Both the position numbers and the translations under genes were made by a program. A stretch of 64,000 nucleotides of DNA from an uncultured candidate division Zixibacteria bacterium (GTDB taxonomy: Bacteria; Zixibacteria; MSB-5A5; GN15; FEB-12), in the NCBI GenBank assembly GCA_963664195.1, contig OY760907.1:2752001-2816000 (forward strand), given 5' to 3'. Within the stretch, counting starts at the first letter, position 1, and every line of letters starts with the position of its first letter. Of the stretch, positions 37,093 to 47,400 are shown piece by piece. The notes beneath the pieces are model-generated. The model was not told the DNA's origin. It saw nothing but the letters and a program-made list of their open reading frames with translations, and did not search any database.

Positions 37093-37806
37093 ATGAGTGA
37101 TATGAAAACCAAGCACAAATACAGACCCGCCGATGGTCTTGCGAAGCTGGCGGCCATTCCTCTTTGGGCGTACGTTACTCTGTCCATCTGGGTGGCAGTG
37201 ATCTACGCTTCGGAAGCGATCCGAATAGTCGGCATTGACGGGACAGTACTGAGCGCGAGTGAGTGGTATTTGGATGCTCGGGCAGCGAGTCTGCGGATTG
37301 CGTTTGTGGTACTAATTGTCGCAGGTGCCATGTGTGGACTGTGGACATATCGGGTTGTCGCCAACGTCCGTTCTTTCCCCGGAGTGCAGCTCTGGACGTA
37401 TACACCCATGAGGAGTGCGCTGATAGTCTCCATTCCGATAGTGAATCTCATCGGGGCTACCGGGGTGATCAAAGAAGTTTGGAATGCGAGCCGAGGTGTC
37501 GGTTATCCTCAGGTGAGGCCGCGGCTTTCTTGGATCAAACTGAGCGCCCTGTCCAAAGCACCTGAAGCTTGGGGAACATTCCTCCTTGCAGGGTTTACCG
37601 GATCGACCTTCTTTGCCGTCAAGGACGTTGGGTTCCCGGCTGATGGCACGATGTCCCCGATGTTGTTTCTCGCTGCGGGTAGTCTCATGGCCTTGATGTG
37701 CGGAGTTGTGGCCGCCTACACAGTCCGGCTCCTGAACCTCATCACTGCCATGCAGAACAAAAGGGCAGAAGAATTCCACCGCCATTCTATCTCCCCGACC
37801 CTCTAA
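37093..37806 (+). CDS. DUF4328-like membrane protein, paralog 2
   Basis: YRPADGLAK matches YKPANGLAK of paralog 1; WTYRVVANV, IPIVNL, EVWNAS, ITAMQNKRA. Confidence 0.7.
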   Translation: MSDMKTKHKYRPADGLAKLAAIPLWAYVTLSIWVAVIYASEAIRIVGIDGTVLSASEWYLDARAASLRIAFVVLIVAGAMCGLWTYRVVANVRSFPGVQLWTYTPMRSALIVSIPIVNLIGATGVIKEVWNASRGVGYPQVRPRLSWIKLSALSKAPEAWGTFLLAGFTGSTFFAVKDVGFPADGTMSPMLFLAAGSLMALMCGVVAAYTVRLLNLITAMQNKRAEEFHRHSISPTL

Positions 37807-38152
37807 CCAATCCTCGCCCTACGCCCGCCCGACGCAGCAATTGGCGCACTTCCTGCGATAATCAACCCACAAAAGCGGATATTGTTAGGTTTGTTAGCCT
37901 GTTGCAATATTGTCATCATTCCGCATCGGTTTTCACACCAATCCAATAGTAATCGCTAGGGGCTTCGAGTAATTATTGAACAAAGAAATCAGCCAATTCC
38001 GAGTACTTAAAGATAACAATCTGACGCTGTCTGAAGGCCGTTTTTGCAAGTCGGCACACAACTTACGCATGGATATTTCACATAAAGGTAAACGTTGTGC
38101 AGATAATCGACTTGGATGTCGGTAAGTTCCCTGTTTTCAGGTAATTAGCGGT

Positions 38153-38168
38153 TGGCCCGTTTCTTGCA
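38153..38168 (+). promoter_or_regulatory. sigma54-type -24/-12 promoter upstream of the giant protein gene
   Basis: TGGCCCGTTTCTTGCA versus consensus TGGCAC-N5-TTGCW; exact GG-N10-GC spacing. Confidence 0.6.
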
Positions 38169-38195
38169 GGAAGGTCTCTGGCTGGCTAATCTGCC

Positions 38196-38223
38196 TTGAC
38201 AGATAGGGAGAAAGAAGTATATT
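38196..38223 (+). promoter_or_regulatory. sigma70-type promoter upstream of the giant protein gene
   Basis: TTGACA, 16 bp spacer, TATATT. Confidence 0.6.
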
Positions 38224-38417
38224 GAGACGCTGGCGATTACCAGTACATTATACTTCTTTAAATCTCTGCCTGATGGTCACGCTGGGGAAGCAAATAGCCA
38301 GGTAAGATTATAGAGCATCCTTTAAGGATCTGAGACTAATGCCTTAGGATGGTCGCTCCCGTGCCGCACACGTAGGCACTTGTCTGCCTCGGGACGACAT
38401 CCGTTTTTGGAGGAAAG

Positions 38418-41400
38418 ATGAATAGGAGAAGGTCGCTTCTCAGTCTTCTGGTTCTCACATTTGTTTGTGTTTCACTCTTTAGCCCTCTGGCGACAGCTGA
38501 TCAGTCTGTACCGAACAGTGGCCCGTCCCGCGTGGATACACCCGTGGAACCCCTCTGGGTGCCGACTTTCGTTCTGCCGGATGACACCGTGCTGGTCTGG
38601 TGCGAAGCGGAGCAATACTGCTTTGATATCACCGCTGCCGACGCGGACGAGTCCGACAGCCTGTTGCTGTCTCTGGTCAGTGGGCCTATTGCGTACGAAC
38701 CGGAACTGTTCGGATACGAATTCACCACCACCGTCTGCTTCACGCCTGAGACTTCGGGCGATTACACGTTTGTCTGGCAGTTGACCGACAAGCAGCAGCA
38801 CGTGCTCGTTGATACGGTCACGTTTACGGTTGAGCTCGGTTTTATTCCCTCTATCGAGGATCAGCAGTTCTTTGCCGAACTCTGCAACCTCCACGAGGAT
38901 CGTATCCTCGAACTTGGCATTGCAGCCGACGGGACGACATACGAACTCGTCTCCGGTCCGGGAGCTCTTGACCCGCAAACCGGGCAGCTTGCCTATCAGC
39001 CGGACACGTCCGGTACCTACACGTTTGAAGTTGCGGCCTTCAGCGAATGCGGTGCAGACACGGCGACCATCACCGACGAAGTGGTGCTCAACCTCCCGCC
39101 GTACTGCCTCCCTTATGACACCGTCGTCTACCTCTGTGATCCCGAAGAAGTCTGTTTTGACGTTTTCGCCGTGGATCCCGAGGGTGACCCTATTGTTCTG
39201 TCGATGCTGGAAGGTCCGGGTACGTTTACCCAGACGAGCGACACCTCCGGCACCGCCTGCTTCATGCCCGGCGACGTTGAACATGCGATTTACAATTTTG
39301 TTTTCTATTCCGCCGACAGTTGTGTGCAGTCCCATGACGACCCGAACAAGGCCCCGATGTGCTGTATCGACACCTTCCATGTCGAAGTCATCATCACGGA
39401 GCCGGGCGATCTGGCCTGTCCGGGCGACACGACCATAGACCTTTGTGTCCCGCCGGAATTGGTTCCTAACGAAATCTGCCTGACCGGCTTCACGAGCACG
39501 TGGGAGACCACCGAAGTCTCTCTCGGTACTCTGGACGGGGAGACGGTTTGTTTCCCGACCGATGGTCTCGGCACTTACACGATCAGCATGTACGGCTCCG
39601 ATACCTGCGGCCATGCCGACACCTGCACCATGCAGGTGACGCTTCGCGGCAACGAGGTTCCGGTGCTGATGATGGCTGACGACTTTGAGGACGAGTTCTG
39701 TCTTGCCGACACGATCTGTTTCTCCGCGACTGCATCCGATCCTGACGGCAACATAGTCGAGTACGATCTGAACCTCGGCACTTACGATCCCGAGACGGAA
39801 ACCATCTGTCTGGGTGTCGATGCTGCTGGTACCTACGAAGTCATCATGACTGTCACCGATGCCTGCGGCGCCACCGCCACTGACACGACGGTCGTTACGC
39901 TGACGCCGGTTGACCCGCCGACCGTCAGTCTGGGCGATGATATGCAATTCGCCTTCTGCGCTCCGCAGACGGTCTGCATTCCCGCCACGATTACTAGCGA
40001 CCGCGAGGTTACCGTGCTGACGTCGATAGGCACTTGGGATGAACAGGGCAACATGGTCTGTTTCCTTGCCGAAACGGCCGACGTTTACGAGTTGATCCTC
40101 ACCGTTCAGGATGACTGCGGCAATCAGGCCGCAGACACTGTGCTGGTCGACGTGCAGCTCGACACCCCGCCGGTAATCGAAGGATTGTACGACACCACGA
40201 TCGCGCTTTGCGATCCGGGAGAAGTCTGCATCCCGGTTCAGATAACTGACGTCGACGATGACAATCTCGTGATCTCGACGAGCATCGGTACCTACGCCGA
40301 CGGTCAGATATGCTTCATGGCGGAAGGCTCCGGGTCTTACAGCCTGACAGTAACCGCTACGGATGAATGCGAGAACACCGTTTCAGAGACGGTGACTGTC
40401 GACGTCGCAGTTGGCAGCGCCCCGGTTATCGCCGGCCTGGCTGACACCGGCATCTATTTATGCTACCCGCGTGAGATTTGCATCCCGGTCGAGGTTACAG
40501 ATATCGACGGCGACATCACTGAGATCACTTCGAGCCTGGGTACTTTCGCTGACGGTCAGGTTTGCTTTGTCCCGTACAACAAGGGCGACTACCAGATTGT
40601 CGTGACTGCCACCGATGAGTGCGGTCACGTTGCGGTCGACACTGCTAACATAGAAGTCAAGACTGATCAGGATGTCCACATCGTCTGCCCGAATGACACA
40701 CTGATCTTCCTCTGCGAGCCGGACACGCTTTGCTTCCCGATTGAGGGAATCCCCGACGGGGCAGAGGTTACGGTTGGTGGCACTGCCACTTATTGGAACG
40801 AGGAAACACAGTCGATCTGTTTCGTCTCAGATTGCTGCCTTGAAAATACGCTTTCGGTCGCTGTAACCACCGCCTGCGGTACGCACACCTGTGAGTTTAC
40901 TGTCGAGGTGCAGACCAACAGTCAGCCGTTGGTTATGATGCCGACAGATACTACCGTCTTCCTCTGTGAGGACGGCACGGTTTGTCTGCCCGTTGGTATC
41001 TCCGATATCGACGGCAACATTGCCGAAGTGACCGTCGAGGGCGGCACTTACGACGACTACGAAAACACGGTTTGCTTTGAGCCGAACGGCGAAGGCCACT
41101 ACACCATCTCCGTTCACGTGATCGATTCTTGTGGTGCCGAGCGCACCGATGAGATGAACGTCACAATTGATCTAAACGCGCCTCCGGTGCTGACCACGCT
41201 GTTTGCCGAGACGTTGATATACCAGTGCGAACTGGAAGAAATCTGCATCCCGCTTAATATCTTTGACGTCAATGAGAATCTTCAGGGCATAGTAGCGGAT
41301 CAGTCCGGTACCTGGGGACCGATTGGCGAAGGCCATATTGATACGAATTTCTGTTACCTGCCCGACAGCTTCGGTGAGCATTGCATCACGTTTACCGCTA

Positions 41401-44400
41401 CCGACGAGTGCGGTCTGACCGATGAGCTTCAGGTCTGCTTCACTATCGAGCAGCCCTCGGTAGTAGCTATCGAATGCCCCGATCCCGCCAGTCTGGCGGT
41501 TTGTGGTCCGGGCGCAGTCTGCTTCCCGGTTACCATCACCGGTGACCCGAGCGAAGTTACCACTTCGGTCGGCTGGTACGACAATGGACAGGTTTGCGTC
41601 CACACTGATGATCTCCCGTTTACTGAAATCGTCATTATTGCCGTTGGTGACTGCAATACCGACACTTGCGTTACCGAGTTCAACCTTGAGATGGTAGACT
41701 CGCCAGATATCACCTGTCCGAACGACACCACGGTTTCCCTCTGCGGTCCCGAGACGCTTATCATTCCTTTTGAGATTTCAGGCGGCGACGGCCCCAACCA
41801 GATGATTACGGCCTCCGCTCCGGCAACGGTTGAGTTCGACAACGGCTGGTTTGTGCTCGTTCCGGTCTCCGAGACGGGCACGCAGACGGTTACTCTGACA
41901 CACTCGTCTCTGCCCTGCGAACCGGCTGAGTGCAGTTTCGACGTCACAGCCGTATTCAACTCCGCCCCGAAGGTTGAGATGAATGACCTCACGGTTAGCT
42001 ACTGTGAGCTTCAGGAAGTCTGTGTGCCGTTCTGGGCCGACGACGTTGATAACAACATCACTGATATTACCAGCTCGTTTGGCAGCGTCATTCTCGACGG
42101 CGAAGGCCCGACCGTCGCTCTTGCCCCGCTCAAGCTGCAGGATCGCGTCGGATTGCAGATGACACCGCCGACCGGTGAAGTCTGCTTCATACCGGATGCC
42201 TTCGGTGATTACTCTCTCACGGTTACCGTGACTGACGAATGTGGTGAACAGGCGGATGTTACCGTCACAGCCACCGTCAACGAACGCTCGAAAGTAGAGA
42301 TAAGCTGCCCCGTGAACCCGGCCCCGTTCACCTTCTGTGAACTGGGCACTCAGTGCATTCCGCTGCCGATCATCGGCGACGAGTTTACGGTGGATGCCAG
42401 CTTCGGCAACTGGGAAAACGATCAGCTTTGCGTGACTGTCGAGCAATACGGCCTCTACCAGATAACGGTAGTAGCCGAGTCCGAGTGCAACAACGATACT
42501 TGCACCTTCCAGGTCGAGTTCCTTGAGCCGGTCGAAGTTACCTGCTCGGTTGCTGACACTACGTTGTTCCTTTGTGAAAACGATCCCGCGACGATACAGA
42601 TTCCGGTGACCGTCACAGGTGACGACGCTGTCGTGACGGTCGAACCGGCCGGTGAATACGCCGACGGCTTCGTTACGGTCACCGTGGGCGATTTCGGTGT
42701 CAGCGAATTCACCGTTACTGCTACGAACGCTTGTAGTGAATCAGACTGCTCGTTTACGGTTGGTCTGAGCTGGAACGCTGCGCCGGTCGTTGAGGCCGCC
42801 GATACCAGTCTCAGTTTCTGTGAACTGGCTGAAATTTGTGTGCCGTTCGAGGCTACCGACGCCGACGGCAATCTGTACGAAATCCGCACTTCGCTGGGCG
42901 TGGTTCGCGACGGACACGTTTGCTTCACGCCGGATGCGTACGGAGATCACCAGATCACCATCACTGCCACCGACGAATGCGAAGCCAGCTCTGAGAAGAC
43001 GATCACGGTTACGGTGACCGAAGGCACGTCGGTCGCAATTGATTGCCCCGTTGACCCGTTCTATCTCTGGGTTGAAGTCCCCGACACCATTCGCATCCCG
43101 GTTGCAATTACCCCGACCGATGAGGTAGAGATAACGGTTTCCCCGGACGGCTACTACGATGCTGCCGCCGGTGAACTTGTGGCCTACGTTACCAGCACCG
43201 GCATGTACCAGTATGACATAACCGCCGTTGCCGAGTGTAACACAGAGACCTGTCAGGTCAACGTCGAAATCGGCCAGTACGTACCGCCGATAGTCACTTG
43301 CATCGGTTCTGTCGATACGGCCCTGTGTCTGACTCAGCCGACTACGCTCTGTCTGCCGGTGACGGTAACCGGCTCCAACGTCGAGGTTCTGGTCAGCGAC
43401 CCTGCGTACTACGAGAACGGCAATGTCTGTCTCGAAGTCACCGAGGCCGGCAACTACACTATAGATGTCACCGCCTTCAACGATCGCGACACCGCCACCT
43501 GCACGTCAGAGTTGGTGGTGACCGGCGGCAACCCTCCGACTCTCGTGATGCCGGATGATTTCACCACGCGCCTTTGTGAGCCGGATGATATCTGCTTTGA
43601 GGTCACAATAGAAGACACCGACTTTGACATCACTCGCCTCGATATCAGCCTCGGTACTTACGACGCCGGCTCCGGCCACGTCTGTTTCTTCGCCGATGTC
43701 GCAGGTGACTACCCGATAGAAATCAGGGTTGCAGATGATTGCGGCAACGAGATTACGAAATCAACGGTTGTCACGGTTGAGTTCAACGACGCTCCGGTCG
43801 TTGTCCTGCCGGATGACTACTCGGCTTTCCTCTGCGATCTGTCTGAAATCTGTGTTGACGTCACGATCACCGACACTGAAGATGTCACCGTGACTTCAAA
43901 CATCGGTCAGTATGACAGCCAGACCGGTCAGGTCTGCTTCACGCCGGACGGCCCTGGTACATATGAAATTACGGTCGAAGCAACTGATGACTGCGAGGCT
44001 GTCGGTTCGGACACTATCGCGATTGATGTTCTTGGAAACACACCGCCCACTATCAGCGGCCTGAACGATACCTCCGTCTACGTCTGCTACCCGACCGAGA
44101 TGTGCTTGACCCTGGATGTCTACGATATCGACGACAATATCCAATCGATTGATGTCTCCTACGGTACGTACGAAAACGGCCAGGTTTGCTTCGTGCCGTA
44201 CGCTGCCGGATCCTACGAAGTCATCGCGACTGTTACTGATGAATGCGGTGAAGTCGCTGTTGATACGGCCACGGTCGACGTACACACGGATCAGGAAGTC
44301 GAAATCGTCTGTCCGGGCGACACCTCGATCTTCCTCTGTGAGCCGGAAACGCTGTGCTTCCCGATCGGCGGCATCCCGGAAGGCGCGACGGTTGACGTCG

Positions 44401-47400
44401 GCGGTACTTCCACTTATTGGGATGAAGAGGCGCAGTCGATTTGCTTCTTCTCTGACTGCTGTATAGATAACACGCTCGAAGTCTATGTTACGACCGCCTG
44501 CGGAACGTTTACCTGCGATTTCAACGTGCATGTTGAAACGAACGCTGCCCCGCTGGTTATGCTCCCGCGGGATACCACTATTATCCAGTGCGAGCTTGGC
44601 CCCGTCTGCTTGCCGGTCGGCATAAGCGACGCCGAAGGTAATCTGACCGATGTCACAACTTCCTACGGTATCTACGACGACTACCGCAACGAAGTCTGCT
44701 TCACTCCCGACACTGCCGGTGTGTACACAATCGGCGTGACCGCCACTGACTCCTGTGGAGCCACTCGCACTGACTACGTTACAGTGACCGTCAAGGTCAA
44801 CGAAGCTCCGACTATTTCCTACGTGCCGATTGACTCGGTGCTCAGGCAGTGCGCCCCGGAAGAAGTCTGCATCCCGATAACTATCAGTGACGCCGATGCC
44901 AATATCGTTGACATCACGGTCGAGGGTGGTACATACGACGCCGATCTTCAGCAGGTTTGTCTGATGCCGGACGGTGTTGGCCACTTCTGCATGACCGTCG
45001 ACGTGGTCGACGAGTGCGGACTGACGGCGCAGGAACAGATCTGTGTCGATATCGTTCTTGGCGACTACGTGCAGATCGAGTGCCCTGAAGAGCCGATAGC
45101 CGAACAGGTCCTCTGCGAAGCGACCACGCTCTGTTTCGATCTCCCGATAATTGGTGAGAACGTCACGGTATCGCTCGACTACGGTACCTACGAGAACGGT
45201 CAGGTCTGTTTCCTGGCTGACAATACCCAGACTTACGAAATCACGGTCATCGCCGACGCTCAGTGTAACAGCGACACCTGTCTGATGACTGTCCCTGTGA
45301 CGATTCTTGAACCGTTGGCAATCACCTGCCCGGACGACGACGAGCAATTCGTCTGTCAGCCGGATACGTTCTGCTACGACTTCACGTTCGCACCGGCCTC
45401 GGCTGAGGTTACGGTCAGCGAACCGGCTTATGTCAGCGAGGGCAAGGTTTGCGTCCCGGTTCTCCAGACCGGCGTCCAGACCATCACGCTGACCGCCACC
45501 AACCAGTGCGGCATCGAAACCTGTTCGTTTGATGTAACGGCCACCTTCAACACCTCGCCGGTAGTGACGCTTGGCGACGATGTCACGCTCACTGAATGCG
45601 AATTGTTCAACATCTGCATTCCGCTTACGGTTGAAGACGTTGATGGCAACATAGAGACGCTGGTTGCTACTCACGGCACTATCGACGGTGACACCGCGGT
45701 CTGCTTCACGGCCCCTGACTACGGCACGTACAGTATCGTCGTCTCGGCTGCCGATGAGTGTGGCGAGATTGATGCCGACACTGTTATCGTGACCCTTATT
45801 GAGGGTGATTACGCTTCCATTGAGTGCCCCGACGGCACCCAGTTTGCCTCAATCTGTGGCGCGGATTCAGTTCGTATCCTCGCGCCAATAGCGCCGTCGA
45901 CCGCCACTATCATGATCCTCCCGAACGGCGTCTATGATGCCGAAACCGGAGAGATCGTCATCTGGGTGACTGAGGGTGGTACGCACGAGATTACGATCAT
46001 AGCCGAATCTCAGTGTGGTTCGGATACTTGCCAATTCAACCTCGAAGTTGAAATGGGTATTGCTCCTCAAGTTGTCTGTCCGGGCCAAATTGACACGCTG
46101 CTTTGTTTGGTGGAGCCTGACACGCTCTGCTTCCCGGTCGAGATTACCGGCACCGGCGTCCAGGTCAACGTGAATCCTGCCGGCTATTACGCGGCCGGTG
46201 TGGTTTGCGTACCGATCGACGAGGCCGGAGAGTACAGCTTCGACATAATTGCCTTCGGCCCGTGTGGTACCGACACTTGCACGGTTGATATAAACGTTGC
46301 GGCCGATCAGTTGCCGGAGTTGTTCCTGCCTGAGATGCTCGTTTTCGAGCGTTGCCCTGACGATACCGATATGATCTGCATCGATGGCATATACGCCACG
46401 GACGCGGAGTCCGACGTGACCATTACTCAGGTCTGCGGTCTGGGCGAGTTCACCTCTGCCGAGGGTGACAGCGGCCAGGTTTGCTTCCTCCCGGTCGACT
46501 TCGGCACCGCTGAGTTCTGTTTCGAGGTCACCGACGGCTGTCACACAATTGTCGATACGATGACTGTGGATATTCAGATGAAGGACGACTGCGATGTCTG
46601 CCTGAGGCTGTCTATTGATGGTGGCGAGTCCACTCCGGTTGGCCTCATGAAGCGAGTGACGCTCAATGTCGAAACCAACGACTTGATCGGTGGATTCGAC
46701 ATCCTGTTGAACTATGATCCCACCGCTCTGTCATTCCAGCACGCCACGATGGATGGCGGCGCGGCCTCCGAATGGGAATACTTCACCTGGAACCTTGATG
46801 TCGACGGTGACCTCAGTTCTGCCGGCCTGGTTCGATTCGTCGGCATCGCCGACCAGAATGACGGTATGCATCACCCGCCGTTCGATGCCTACAGTCCCGA
46901 CGGCGCGCTGCTCTTCATCGATTTCCTGGTTGCTAACGACCAGACTCTTGGTGGCGTATACGTGCCGATCAGTTTCCTCTGGCGCGACTGCATGGACAAC
47001 AGTTTCTCTGACCGTACCGGCGAAATTCTGTACATCGACAGCCGGGTATTCAACTACGAGGGCATCCTGATCTGGGACGAGTTCGACGATGCGAGCTATC
47101 CTGATGCGAGTCGTCCGATGGGTATGGGCGCACCGGATTCCTGCATTGTCGAAGACGGCAAAACCCTTCCTTTGCGATGCATCGAGTTCTACAATGGCGG
47201 TGTCCATATCATCCACCCGGATGACATCGACGATCGGGGTGACATAAACCTCAACGGCGTATCCAATGAAATCGCCGACGTGGTGGTCTTCACGAACTAC
47301 TTCATCAACGGGCTGGCCGCATTTACCATTAGCATTCCGGGCCAGATAGCAGCGACCGATGTCAATGCCGACGGTCTCACGCTCACCGTTGCTGACCTCA

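Noticed and set aside
38276..38305. GGTCACGC...GCAAA resemblance to the c-di-GMP-I riboswitch
   Set aside because: Lacks the GGCAAAC-stem-GAAA-stem-GACGCAAAG core; kept only as an unclassified structured leader.
38472..45674. 491-aa and 592-aa minus-strand ORFs inside the giant gene
   Set aside because: Antisense frames kept open by the repeat codon bias; no independent coding signal.
38418..46600. Possible multiheme cytochrome or Fe-S protein, given the Cys richness
   Set aside because: No recurring CxxCH or ferredoxin-type Cys clusters seen; the spacing fits structural disulfides in an exported protein.
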